64,000 nt of DNA, taken from NCBI GenBank assembly GCA_038727135.1, contig JAVYWL010000001.1:64001-128000 (forward strand), given 5' to 3'. Every line of letters begins with the position of its first letter. Positions within the stretch are counted from its first letter, which is position 1. Positions 47,003 through 56,280 of the stretch are shown here, piece after piece. The notes beneath the pieces are model-generated. The model saw only the letters and a program-made list of their open reading frames with translations, did no database searches and had not been told where the DNA came from. A program made the translations under genes and the position numbers. Source of the stretch: Candidatus Bathyarchaeia archaeon. Its GTDB lineage: Archaea; Thermoproteota; Bathyarchaeia; Bathyarchaeales; Bathycorpusculaceae.

Positions 47003-48290
47003 CAGCCTTTCTCTCCTTAAGCTTCCAAATAGCACGGCGAATGTCTTGGCACATCCGCTGCATACCCAAAGTGCTATGCTCAACCGCTGGGCTTGGCAGT
47101 AACCCTTCAAGAATTGAAATGGCTTCTTGAACGGGTATCATGAGTTCTTTGGGCTTTTGGATAAGGCTTTCGGAAATGCTGGCTTGAGTTTGCTTGGCCT
47201 TTAATTCTGCAACTTGTTTTTCCAGTTCTTGAATTTTCGCCATTAGGGATTCTTTCGCTTTTTCGCATGGCAACTTTTCCTGTGTTTGTGTTGCTTCTTG
47301 GGTTTCGCTGCAAACTTCGCTTTCTATCCCGGCCTCTTTGGCGTGAGCGCACAGATGCCTTTTAGCCTCGGCCCTCTCTTCAGGCGTTAAATCTGTTTGG
47401 GATAATCGTGCCAAGGCATTTCGTAGATGAGGCAGGTCTAAGCTGCCATCAGCCTTGTGATGGGGCAAATGCCTAAGCGTTCTTGGAACAGTTTTGCCTT
47501 GCTCGTCCTTATGTCCGCCTTTGCTGATGACGGCAAAAGCTGAATCTGGCAAATCGTTAATGTAGGATGTATCCCACTCCGCTTCTTTCACATTTCGCCC
47601 ATGCTCCAAACTTTCTAAAACTTGAATATTGGTTTCGGGTATGCCCGGCACAGCCACAAGGCTTAACTCTGCATTATGCAAGCCATGAGGCACTTTGCCA
47701 TCTAAAATGTCTAATGTTTCGTAGTCTGCGCCTACGCTTACATGCTGTATTAAGCCTTTACGGATTTTCTCGGCTGTTTCATCATCGTAGATTTCAGCCT
47801 CATACCAAAGATTGGCGCCATCCCACTCGGTTTTTGTGACTTTACCAACCGCGTTTGGAACAGCCACATGCTCAATGTAGACTGGCGCAGAAACAAGCTT
47901 CTGAGCGAAGTTTTGAAGCTCTTCAGGCGTGTAAATGTTAAAATTTCTGCTCATGCCGGCAGTCATGGCTATGCCTTTAATGCGTAGTGGCTTGTCAACA
48001 ATCTTCTCCAAAACCTTGAAGGGCAGAATAGCGCTTACATGCTCCTTAACTACTGCTTCACGGTGCTTCTCAAACCAAGCCTTAGCCTTCTCAACAGTCC
48101 AGCTCTTAGCTTTGTCAAAAAGATAGCTCTGCACTGTTGTTTTGTCTTCGCCCTTAAGCTTGCCTATAACGGCTTTAATGCCTTCATCTTCGCTAAGCGT
48201 TATGGTGCGAAAACTGTTTTGCTCAAAATCTTCTGGATCACGGTGTCCAGAACGAATGTATTGGTCGGTTTCTTCCCAAGGCAGAGCCAA
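46995..48290 (-). CDS. Viral prohead maturation protease / scaffold protein
   Basis: GMSRNFNIYT, VYIEH, AVGKV, IQHVSVG, ELSLVAVPG; NDLPDSAFA domain; C-terminal coiled coil. Confidence 0.8.
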   Translation of the reverse strand: MALPWEETDQYIRSGHRDPEDFEQNSFRTITLSEDEGIKAVIGKLKGEDKTTVQSYLFDKAKSWTVEKAKAWFEKHREAVVKEHVSAILPFKVLEKIVDKPLRIKGIAMTAGMSRNFNIYTPEELQNFAQKLVSAPVYIEHVAVPNAVGKVTKTEWDGANLWYEAEIYDDETAEKIRKGLIQHVSVGADYETLDILDGKVPHGLHNAELSLVAVPGIPETNIQVLESLEHGRNVKEAEWDTSYINDLPDSAFAVISKGGHKDEQGKTVPRTLRHLPHHKADGSLDLPHLRNALARLSQTDLTPEERAEAKRHLCAHAKEAGIESEVCSETQEATQTQEKLPCEKAKESLMAKIQELEKQVAELKAKQTQASISESLIQKPKELMIPVQEAISILEGLLPSPAVEHSTLGMQRMCQDIRRAIWKLKERKAVG

Positions 48291-48371
48291 AACCCGCCTT
48301 TCACCTGCTCTGCCCTATAAAAATATATGTTACAAAACATAAATTGAATTATACAATAGGATGGTCAAAAA

Positions 48372-48536
48372 GTGGCAAGAAAATACATTGTTCGGGTTGT
48401 TTTAAGCCCACAACACAAAGAACTATTAGACAGAATATGCGAAAAACTTGGACAAAGCGAAAGCGAAACACTACGCATAGCATTTTTACAATATGCAGAA
48501 AAACTAAGCCTGATAACGGAGAAAGTTCACAGCTGA
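48372..48536 (+). CDS. Ribbon-helix-helix protein (54 aa, not in ORF track)
   Basis: MARKYIVRVVLSPQHKELLDRICEKLGQSESETLRIAF; divergent from the protease gene. Confidence 0.75.
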   Translation: MARKYIVRVVLSPQHKELLDRICEKLGQSESETLRIAFLQYAEKLSLITEKVHS

Positions 48537-48558
48537 AAAACGTTGCAGTGATTATGGT

Positions 48559-49314
48559 TTATTTGGATCGAACTCCTCCAACTATACACAAAATACTTGG
48601 GATGGTGGTAACTATGAGCAAGGAAATGGGGTTGATTAGTGTAAGAACCCCACCAAGTATGGCCAATCGAAATGCAGATTTACCCCTTCTTGCAAAGTCC
48701 CATGCAATTAAATTAAGGATTAAACCTACGAATCCTGGTAATGTGATCACAATGAGAGAAAAGGAGATTAAAGGATGCGCCATTAAAGATAGAAATGTTG
48801 ATCCGAATGTTACTACAAATGTAGTGAATGCCCACCTAAAAACTTCCCATATTATAGTTGGGCGTTTTTCACTTAGATGTCCGATCCATAAAATAAACCA
48901 AAACATGGGCGCAATCATAAAATATAGCACTACAACCCATGGAGCGACCACCCATACCTCAGCGAAAAGTGAAAATGATAGTGTCCAGACAAAGGTGCCA
49001 GCGACGAAGCTGAATAATAGAAGTTTACTGCCCGGTTTAGGTTTATTTGAGTTTGTGAGTTCCCTATTAGCAAAAAGTAAACAAATACAGCCCAAAACAA
49101 GAAAAGAACTCCCTGTTGCGATGAGAATTGGATAGTCAAATGACAATTGGATTTTAAATTCCCACAAACCCCAAGCTTCTACCTTTTCAGTTAAAACATT
49201 TAGGAATTGATCCACTTCCTTCCATGCATGAAAGATAGCAACCGCCAAAATCAAAAAGAATAAAAGTATAAAAGCAATCCCCGTTATCCAATAGACCCTT
49301 CTATTCGCCCACAT
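48559..49314 (-). CDS. Polytopic membrane protein, unknown function
   Basis: About 7 hydrophobic segments; AT-rich. Confidence 0.65.
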   Translation of the reverse strand: MWANRRVYWITGIAFILLFFLILAVAIFHAWKEVDQFLNVLTEKVEAWGLWEFKIQLSFDYPILIATGSSFLVLGCICLLFANRELTNSNKPKPGSKLLLFSFVAGTFVWTLSFSLFAEVWVVAPWVVVLYFMIAPMFWFILWIGHLSEKRPTIIWEVFRWAFTTFVVTFGSTFLSLMAHPLISFSLIVITLPGFVGLILNLIAWDFARRGKSAFRLAILGGVLTLINPISLLIVTTIPSILCIVGGVRSK

Positions 49315-49516
49315 TGAACATCATTTTAAGATTTCTACTTACATCAGCATAAGTTTTAACTAAAAATTGTTTCGAAATGATCATTTAACCATAAGCATGC
49401 GAAAGCTAGGACATAGCGATAAGTGAAACCCTACGCCAAGCAATCCTCACCACGCTGAAAAGTTAAATTTAATGACGAAAAAGCTCCATAGATAAGGTAA
49501 TTTATTTAAGATTAAA

Positions 49517-50236
49517 CTACGTCGAACTTCGAGCTAAACTTTTAAAAACGCTCTTTTCCGCCTCTTTCCACGTTACATAAGCATCATGTAGCGCCATTAT
49601 TTCATTGTCTGATAGTTGATCGATTTTAAAATTACCATTATCCATTTTCATTGTCCATATATCTACAGGCTCGCCTAGACCATAAGCACCTATATCGATA
49701 GCATCTTTTATAACCCTATAAGCCACAAGTTTGCCTTTTTCCGTATCTATATCGCTTGAATAATAGTTTCGCAGTAACGTATAAGCAAAAGTATCACCTA
49801 TACCAGTGCATGCGTAACCTAGCTCATCAAGGAGCTCATCCGCGCAGTCTGGAGCTATGTGCCAGATCCTATATCCTTTGTCGCCCTCATGTGTGCATAT
49901 TAAAATATCGGCAAGCGGAGCACCTTTTGCGTTACCGTGAAATGCCTTGTGCCTCTCAATTTCACTTTTCATTATTTGGAAAAGATTTTGTCTCAATTCT
50001 TCTCTTGTTTTAATATCCAGACCTTTAGATAAGCCTTCAGCAAAATTTTTAATTAAATCTCGGCATCTTTGAACCGTGCCAACAGATCCGGAAGCACCAA
50101 AAACAACATTCGAACCTAACTTAAAAATTTTCTGAATTTTTTGTCTAACAGGTCCTCCAGACGACAATGCAGTTGCTTGTCCATCAGAAGCTATCACTAC
50201 TCCATCCTTGCATTTCAAAGCGATAATTAATGTCAT
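49517..50236 (-). CDS. Proteasome-beta-like Ntn hydrolase without propeptide
   Basis: M-T1LIIALKCKDGVVIAS-D17, QKIF (Lys33 equivalent), GASG, CTGIG. Confidence 0.8.
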   Translation of the reverse strand: MTLIIALKCKDGVVIASDGQATALSSGGPVRQKIQKIFKLGSNVVFGASGSVGTVQRCRDLIKNFAEGLSKGLDIKTREELRQNLFQIMKSEIERHKAFHGNAKGAPLADILICTHEGDKGYRIWHIAPDCADELLDELGYACTGIGDTFAYTLLRNYYSSDIDTEKGKLVAYRVIKDAIDIGAYGLGEPVDIWTMKMDNGNFKIDQLSDNEIMALHDAYVTWKEAEKSVFKSLARSST

Positions 50237-50673
50237 TTGATCACCTTGATGTCTATTATAGAATTTACTGCATACTCCGGGTATTTCTCATAAATATGCC
50301 TAAGAAGGTCTATGAAACCCTTACTTATAACCGTCTTTTTTATTTCCTTCATCTTCGCAACTATTTCTTGATTCATATTTTGCAAAATTTTTTTAGATTT
50401 ATCAGCTCCTTGTGGAGTGACCTTATAATATGACCAATAAGATGGAAGAAATTTTATGGTTGTTAACAAGTTTTCTCTTATGAGAGTATTAAGATCATTA
50501 TAAACATCAAAACTGCAAGGTCCATAGAGATACGGTTCAAAAATATAGAAGTTCTCGAGTTTAAGCTCTTTAGATAATAGAAATAGTCCCTTCATTATTT
50601 GCAGTGGACTTACAACATTTGGTTCACTTACAGGCAAGTATATGTATGAAAGGAGAATATCCTCGCGCTTCAA
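50233..50673 (-). CDS. Panacea/SocA (DUF4065)- or YwgA-like protein
   Basis: LQIMKGLFL...FEPYLYGPCSFDVYNDL...LLRHIYEKYPEY. Confidence 0.65.
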   Translation of the reverse strand: MKREDILLSYIYLPVSEPNVVSPLQIMKGLFLLSKELKLENFYIFEPYLYGPCSFDVYNDLNTLIRENLLTTIKFLPSYWSYYKVTPQGADKSKKILQNMNQEIVAKMKEIKKTVISKGFIDLLRHIYEKYPEYAVNSIIDIKVIK

Positions 50674-50776
50674 GGCACAATCCCTTCGATTCCTTTAATT
50701 AGAGTAAGGTTAACATTTTCTATTTAAATATTAATTTACAACGCTAATCTGCCAAAACTTAAAAAATCAACTTGGA

Positions 50777-51172
50777 CTAACCACGTGGTCGGCGGAAAAC
50801 AATTTTTTGCTTATTTTCGCGAAAAGTAATGTCAAAAAACTTGAATACGGAATCTCTGCCTAAAACTACGTAAGGTATAGCTTCAGGATTATAAGGCACA
50901 TAAGCTGGAAAATCTTTGAATCCCACAATTGGTGAAGACCCTTTCATAATATAAATATCGACTTTCGTTATAAAAGCCTGAAATTTTCCTCCGGCACCGA
51001 CAGCTGAATCTTCCTTGACTTTGGGTAAAGATAGCATATCTGCAAATTCAAATGGTATGAAAGTGGTTGTAGATCCAGAATCAATAAGACCTATTGTGCT
51101 TACTGAGGCTTGACCTGACGCCAATCTAACATGAACCATTGGAAGGCGTAAAAAATGATTTGTATTAGGCAT
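50777..51172 (-). CDS. Clan AA aspartyl protease
   Basis: GLIDSGSTTT, VLGRDSVF. Confidence 0.82.
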   Translation of the reverse strand: MPNTNHFLRLPMVHVRLASGQASVSTIGLIDSGSTTTFIPFEFADMLSLPKVKEDSAVGAGGKFQAFITKVDIYIMKGSSPIVGFKDFPAYVPYNPEAIPYVVLGRDSVFKFFDITFRENKQKIVFRRPRG

Positions 51173-51239
51173 TTGATATGAAAGATAACGAAACGTTATA
51201 GCGCCTCGAAATCTTCTCGAGAACAGTTTTTATCTACCT

Positions 51240-51452
51240 TTAAAGAAGCATTACCTGGTCCGCAGGAACCTTTAAGACAAGCGGTTCCCGATCTGGATAT
51301 TTTTCTTTAGCTTTTTGAAAGACTTCCTTCCCTTTGTCACCCGTAGCAACTACCTGATCACCCACAATAGCTATCCATTTGCCAACGTATTTCCCTAGAT
51401 CAGGCATGGACATTAGACACTGGTATTCATTTTTTTTGGACATTTTAATCAT
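51240..51452 (-). CDS. DUF5678-like small protein
   Basis: KYVGKWIAIVGDQVVATG...A.EKYP. Confidence 0.75.
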   Translation of the reverse strand: MIKMSKKNEYQCLMSMPDLGKYVGKWIAIVGDQVVATGDKGKEVFQKAKEKYPDREPLVLKVPADQVMLL

Positions 51453-51467
51453 CTCAATAATTTAATA

Positions 51468-51659
51468 CTATTTTGTAGTAGTGTTTATAGCTTTCTCTTT
51501 AATAACTTTATTTCCTTTCGGAGAACTATTAATCCATAGTAACATTGCTTCTTCAATAGCTTCTGTGATGTTTCCTTTCCGCATTCCCTTCCTTCTGAAA
51601 ACTTCCTCTCTAAATTTTTTGTCGATTTCTTCTCTAACTTTTACATTTAATTTGCCCAT
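51468..51659 (-). CDS. Ribbon-helix-helix protein
   Basis: MGKLNVKVREEIDKKFR...GNITEAIEEAMLLWI; SD AGGTGA. Confidence 0.75.
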   Translation of the reverse strand: MGKLNVKVREEIDKKFREEVFRRKGMRKGNITEAIEEAMLLWINSSPKGNKVIKEKAINTTTK

Positions 51660-51764
51660 TTTCTTCACCTTAGAATGCATGTTATATAGAGAAATGTAGA
51701 TATCCACATATAAATATTTCTACGTTATAATCGTGATTTACAAGAAATAACTATATATTTTATG

Positions 51765-52424
51765 CTACACCCGCAACTCAAAATTTGCTTTCGCGTTTTC
51801 AAGCATTTTTAAGAAGCTCATTTTAAGCCCTATTTTCCAGTAGCCTTGTATATCTGAGCGGTATAGGTAGATTATGTTGTCTTGTCTTAAGTTTTTTAAT
51901 GCTTCGAGAACTTCGTCCGGGTTTGCTTTAATTTTTTCTGCGAGTTCAAACAGGTCTTTGACTAGGATAAATTTTGAGCCTGTTTCGTTGTAATGTTTTA
52001 GCAATACTTCTACTACTTCCTTTTCCACATTTTCTAAGCCTGAATTTTGAAGCCATAAACTAATCGGAATTTGTTTAGTGGTTTTTGGCTGGTTAGTTTC
52101 TATTTTCTTTTTATTTTCTTTTGATCTTTTTTCTACTTTCTTTCGATAATCTATTATATTATTGTATACGAAATCCAAATACTTAACAAATTCAACCCCA
52201 GAATCAGTCAAAAACCAAAAATCGCCATTTTTCAAGGCTAAACCATACCTTTCCATGTTCTTCAAATACCGCCAAACGTAGTTCTGGCTTTTTCCGCTTC
52301 TCTCTGCTAGGTCGCAGCAGCGTCCACCACCATCAAACAACATGTAAAGAAGCGTTACTGTGAAGCCTCTCACACGCCCAAGGGCAGTAGAAGTAGTAGA
52401 TAATAAGGTATAATTAACAGCCAA
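51765..52424 (-). CDS. Tandem wHTH protein, possible replication or regulatory factor
   Basis: DLAERSGKSQNYVWRYLKNMERYGL and ELAEKIKANPDEVLEALKNLRQDNII. Confidence 0.6.
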   Translation of the reverse strand: MAVNYTLLSTTSTALGRVRGFTVTLLYMLFDGGGRCCDLAERSGKSQNYVWRYLKNMERYGLALKNGDFWFLTDSGVEFVKYLDFVYNNIIDYRKKVEKRSKENKKKIETNQPKTTKQIPISLWLQNSGLENVEKEVVEVLLKHYNETGSKFILVKDLFELAEKIKANPDEVLEALKNLRQDNIIYLYRSDIQGYWKIGLKMSFLKMLENAKANFELRV

Positions 52425-53926
52425 AAAATCATCTCACAAACTCTATTTCTGAAGCCTCGCTCAGTTATAGCGTAAAGCCTCTTCTGATAGCTTTCAAACT
52501 CCTCCTCAGTCATCAGAATAATGTGTTCGGGTTCTTCTTTGGCTGAGTGCATCAACCTTCCAAACCTTTGGCTCTCCTGCATTCTACTACCATACAAGAA
52601 GGCTACCTCTATGACACGCTCTATTCTTGGAAGGCTTATTCCCTCATCGCCAACACGACTAACAACACATGCTTGGCTTTCCCTTATAATTTCAAGCCTA
52701 TCCCTTGTTTCTCCGTAAACAAACGGTATATTGAAGGTTTTGGCTATCTTCTCGCCCAAATCAAGCCAATCACAGAAAATCAATGTTTTAACGGGTATTT
52801 GCAGCAGCTCGCCAAGCTTACGCATTTTCTCACGGTTGTCGCTTAAAATGTAAACTCGAAAAGTTGGTTCTCTTACCACCTGAAGCCTAATCAATTCTTC
52901 CCAGCTCATGCCCACCGGAAAGCCTGTTAGGGCTATGATGTAGTTTTCACGTCCATCCTCACGGTAGGGCGAACCGCTGAAGCCCATGCGATATTTGGTT
53001 TTCAAAGTTGCTAAGCGGACAAACGTGTTGGCTGGGAGATGCTGACATTCGTCAAAAATGATTAGGACGTATTCATTGTTTTTGACCTTGTCATAGGCGT
53101 GGTATGTGACAACTTCTATTTCATGGCGGTATTGGGGTATGTATTTGGCTATGCGTTCAAGCCACTGCTCCTTAAGCGTTAAAGTAGGCACAACAACGAG
53201 TTTTCTGCCCTTAACCCTCGCAAGGGCATATATTCCAAATAGGCTTTTTCCGCTTCCGAATGCCCAGAAAACTCCGATGGCTCCTTTATTCAGAAATTCA
53301 TTCCATGCATATTGCTGATAGCTTCGCAGTTTGATTCCATCATAGGGCCTAAGGTCTTCTTCTTTTACTGGAACGGGCATGAAGGGCAAAGTGCCGTCCT
53401 CAATCATCTGGGCGATTAGCTTAAACTCGTAGCCCTTCTTTATGCGGAGCCTGTCCTCGCCTTCACGCCTCGTTATAAAACGCTTGTATCGGCGTAGGGC
53501 TTCTTCTTGCAGTTCCTTGCCAGTCAGCAGCATGCCATCATAAACTTTGAAGGGCATGGGCTTAGCGAACTTGAACTTTTCTTCTAGGCTTGGCGGGATT
53601 TCGCTGAACCACTTGACGTAGCGGTTTACGACGAAGATGTTGTAGCTTTTTGTTGAGCGTTCAAGCCAGCCCATGCTGAAATTAAGCCATTTAGGAGCTA
53701 TAACATACCACTCATTAGCCCTTTTAGGAATAATCACATAAGGCTCCTCAAAGAAAGGTTCTAAAAATTCTCGGCGTATCTGGCTGAAGCGGAAAAGCTC
53801 CATTTTGCGCTCAAAATCGCTTTTAATCTGAGACTGCAAAACATCAATGGAATGCTTAAGTTCATCCAGCTTGGCGAGGGCTTCCATAACGGTTTGGCGA
53901 ACCTCAGCCGTGTTAAACTCGCTCAA
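52370..53926 (-). CDS. SF2 helicase (XPB/Rad25-like)
   Basis: LRSYQ, FGSGKS, DECQH, GFSGSP.RED, DEGI, QRFGR; probable 1-nt frameshift near the C-terminus. Confidence 0.88.
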   Translation of the reverse strand: MSEFNTAEVRQTVMEALAKLDELKHSIDVLQSQIKSDFERKMELFRFSQIRREFLEPFFEEPYVIIPKRANEWYVIAPKWLNFSMGWLERSTKSYNIFVVNRYVKWFSEIPPSLEEKFKFAKPMPFKVYDGMLLTGKELQEEALRRYKRFITRREGEDRLRIKKGYEFKLIAQMIEDGTLPFMPVPVKEEDLRPYDGIKLRSYQQYAWNEFLNKGAIGVFWAFGSGKSLFGIYALARVKGRKLVVVPTLTLKEQWLERIAKYIPQYRHEIEVVTYHAYDKVKNNEYVLIIFDECQHLPANTFVRLATLKTKYRMGFSGSPYREDGRENYIIALTGFPVGMSWEELIRLQVVREPTFRVYILSDNREKMRKLGELLQIPVKTLIFCDWLDLGEKIAKTFNIPFVYGETRDRLEIIRESQACVVSRVGDEGISLPRIERVIEVAFLYGSRMQESQRFGRLMHSAKEEPEHIILMTEEEFESYQKRLYAITERGFRNRVCEMIFWLLIIPYYLLLLLPLGV

Positions 53927-54149
53927 ACCTTAGCCTCCAACAAGCTTCTAATCGGCCTAAAAACCAGAATGAAACCTTAAGATGGAAGGGTCTTGGCAAA
54001 CAAATTATTTGGTTAGCGTTAAATCCGAGCAGCTTTAAGTCTTCTAAACACCACTTGCAGACATGAAGTTGCCTCTCATCATTACCAAAAATAATCAAAA
54101 ACTCTGCCTCGTTACGTGTGAAAGGATAGCATAAAACGCAATGGGTCAC
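53913..54149 (-). CDS. Small viral Zn-finger-like protein
   Basis: CVLC...CKWC; overlaps both neighbours. Confidence 0.55.
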   Translation of the reverse strand: MTHCVLCYPFTRNEAEFLIIFGNDERQLHVCKWCLEDLKLLGFNANQIICLPRPFHLKVSFWFLGRLEACWRLRFERV

Positions 54150-54469
54150 GATTCGCGCCTTCTGCTGAATATTCCCTCAAGGTGCGGCTTTACCTGGTGA
54201 AGTGAAAAAGCGTATTCGATTAGCAATCTCCACAATAGTTTGCTTTTAGCCTCTAAACGCTTGGCTAGTTTAGGTCCAAAAGTTGGGCTTATTTCCAACA
54301 TTTTCTCCACAACCTCAATTATCTCGTCATCTCGTGGACACCAGTCGGCCTCAAACATGCTACGGATGCGAAAATTGTCGTCTTTTGGTAGTTCAAACTC
54401 GATGCGTAATGTGGGATAGTTTGGATTAACCCTGTGAGAATCAACATCTTTGGTCACCCTCAAACGCAT
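54146..54469 (-). CDS. Viral hypothetical protein
   Basis: ATGA overlap with the downstream gene. Confidence 0.6.
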   Translation of the reverse strand: MRLRVTKDVDSHRVNPNYPTLRIEFELPKDDNFRIRSMFEADWCPRDDEIIEVVEKMLEISPTFGPKLAKRLEAKSKLLWRLLIEYAFSLHQVKPHLEGIFSRRRES

Positions 54470-54478
54470 AAAAAGGCG

Positions 54479-54739
54479 TCAGCCCTGCTGAAGTATGTGG
54501 ACAAAACCCTGAAACTCATCAACCTCTACGGAGTCAACCCTATGCCCTAAGGCTTTGACACACTTTGCTAAGGCCTCGTCGACCTTGCCAACAAACTCCA
54601 CGACCCTTGAACCGCTGAAATAAACAACCTTCGTGATGTTGCCTTCGCCATCAGCCTGATAAAATACTGTTCCAAGCTCGTGCATGCTCTTACGCAGAAG
54701 CTCAGCATCCGTGATTTTGGCTAAAAGCTGAAGCTTCAT
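54479..54739 (-). CDS. Viral hypothetical protein
   Basis: ATGA-coupled with the upstream gene. Confidence 0.65.
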   Translation of the reverse strand: MKLQLLAKITDAELLRKSMHELGTVFYQADGEGNITKVVYFSGSRVVEFVGKVDEALAKCVKALGHRVDSVEVDEFQGFVHILQQG

Positions 54740-54927
54740 TCAACACTCCCTCCAGCAACAGCCTTCTCAACAACACGCGACTCTACATCAGCCAAAAAGC
54801 CAAGCTTCTCCTCAAGACGCTTAATACGGTGCTCATGATCAGCCAAAACATCAAGCGTATCCCGTAAGGCATAGGCTAAATCCTCAGCAGACTTCGCAAG
54901 AACCTTCAAGTCGCCTTTCTCACTCAT
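54736..54927 (-). CDS. Small coiled-coil viral protein
   Basis: HEHRIKRLEEKL heptads; ATGA overlaps on both sides. Confidence 0.65.
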   Translation of the reverse strand: MSEKGDLKVLAKSAEDLAYALRDTLDVLADHEHRIKRLEEKLGFLADVESRVVEKAVAGGSVE

Positions 54928-55115
54928 CCGCTGGCCTCCCTTTTAGCTTTAGGCAATCTGCTTGTGGGATGTGGAATTGGATTCTCTTCCTTGTAGGATT
55001 TCAGCCCAAGCTTGATGATATATTCGATGAATGTGCTGCGTTTTGTTATTCCTCGCAGCTCGTCTATCTCCCGTAGTAGTTCAGGCTCGATTGTGAATCC
55101 AATTTTGACTTTCAA
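54924..55115 (-). CDS. Ribbon-helix-helix regulator
   Basis: KIGFTIEPELLREIDELRGITKRSTFIEYII. Confidence 0.78.
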   Translation of the reverse strand: MKVKIGFTIEPELLREIDELRGITKRSTFIEYIIKLGLKSYKEENPIPHPTSRLPKAKREASG

Positions 55116-55142
55116 GGCGATGTTCTCCTAAAGGTTCTTTGG

Positions 55143-55173
55143 ATACTTAGTATACATCGAAGAATTTATAAAT
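55143..55173. promoter_or_regulatory. Divergent promoter region with palindromic TATA and operator-like palindrome
   Basis: ATTTATAAAT (55164-55173) and ATACT-T-AGTAT (55143-55153) between divergent RHH genes. Confidence 0.45.
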
Positions 55174-55246
55174 CTAATTCCACTAATCATACTTGTAATA
55201 CCAAAAACGAAATAAACCACAAACAACAAAAAAGGATGGAACCGAA

Positions 55247-55666
55247 ATGAAAACCCTAAAAATCTCGGACGACGTTCACCAGAAGCTCACAGCCTTACTG
55301 GGCGAGTTAACAGCCCAAACAATGAAAATGCAAACTTATCAAGACGCAATAGAAGCCCTCCTAACCCAATCAGTAATAGTCCCGCCAGAGCTACTCCGTG
55401 AAGTAGAAGAGTTCATAACAAAAAACAAGCATAAAGGCTACACACGAAAAGAAGAGTTCATACGCCAAGCCATACGCTTCTTCCTAAAATGGGAAAGCGA
55501 AGAATACGAATACATAGAAATCCCAAAACAAAAATACGACAAACTAAACAAGGCAGTGAAACAAATGAACACGCCTTACTACAACGCAGAGGAATTCATA
55601 TATGACCAAATAGACAAAATCCTAGAACAATACGAAAAATGGCTAAAAGAAAAAGGAGAATATTGA
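55247..55666 (+). CDS. Multi-RHH transcriptional regulator
   Basis: KTLKISDDVHQKL, IVPPELLREVE...KEEFIRQAIR, IEIPKQKYDKL. Confidence 0.75.
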   Translation: MKTLKISDDVHQKLTALLGELTAQTMKMQTYQDAIEALLTQSVIVPPELLREVEEFITKNKHKGYTRKEEFIRQAIRFFLKWESEEYEYIEIPKQKYDKLNKAVKQMNTPYYNAEEFIYDQIDKILEQYEKWLKEKGEY

Positions 55667-55734
55667 AAACATCAACTAAAATAAGTTCAATAAACAAGAA
55701 ATAGCGCAAGCAAATTACAAGAAAAGGGAATTGC

Positions 55735-55989
55735 GTGGAACAAAAACAGCGTTTATATGAGACATCTGATTATCGAGTAGTAAGTGTAAAGATCGTTAAT
55801 GATAGAATTTATCAGCTTATAGAAATAAGTTCACAATTTTCAAACAGAGAAGAACGTGCCGATTTTCTGCAGAAACTAGTTGAAACTACGGGAGCTATTG
55901 GATTAATAGAGTGGTGGCCAAAAGGCAGCATAGTTAAAAAACCGAGAAATGTCTTTCGATGCATTCTTATCTTTGGCATACGAAAATAA
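55735..55989 (+). CDS. Hypothetical protein
   Basis: ORF only. Confidence 0.4.
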   Translation: MEQKQRLYETSDYRVVSVKIVNDRIYQLIEISSQFSNREERADFLQKLVETTGAIGLIEWWPKGSIVKKPRNVFRCILIFGIRK

Positions 55990-55992
55990 TAA

Positions 55993-56280
55993 GTGCACGA
56001 TCACGTTTATATACGTGATGAGATATCAATAGTGTTAGCACAAGGGATAACCTATATGGTTGCAAATAATGATGCTAACACATCTTCATTCCTATCTCAG
56101 AAAGTTAAAAGGATATTAGCTGAAAATCCTGGACTCAGCATAAAAGAAATTGCGAAGGCAGTTGATGTTAACCGCCAATTTATGGCTGGTTTTCTAACAG
56201 CTATGGAAGAAAATGGAGAGATTTGTTCAAGGAAAGTCGGGCCTGCAAGAATATACTTTAACAATGAGGTGAAGAGATGA
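55993..56280 (+). CDS. Small wHTH protein, possible R-M controller
   Basis: NPGLSIKEIAKAVDVNRQF...RKVGPARIY; abuts the first methylase. Confidence 0.72.
   Translation: MHDHVYIRDEISIVLAQGITYMVANNDANTSSFLSQKVKRILAENPGLSIKEIAKAVDVNRQFMAGFLTAMEENGEICSRKVGPARIYFNNEVKR

Noticed and set aside
47003-47110. N-terminal extension of the lectin-like ORF
   Set aside because: Overlaps the prohead protease; TTG 47002 gives a normal short overlap
48344-49135. 263-aa plus-strand ORF
   Set aside because: Antisense to the membrane protein and out of frame with the more plausible 54-aa RHH gene
49517-50236. Housekeeping proteasome beta subunit
   Set aside because: No propeptide, divergent motifs, AT-rich and located in proviral cargo
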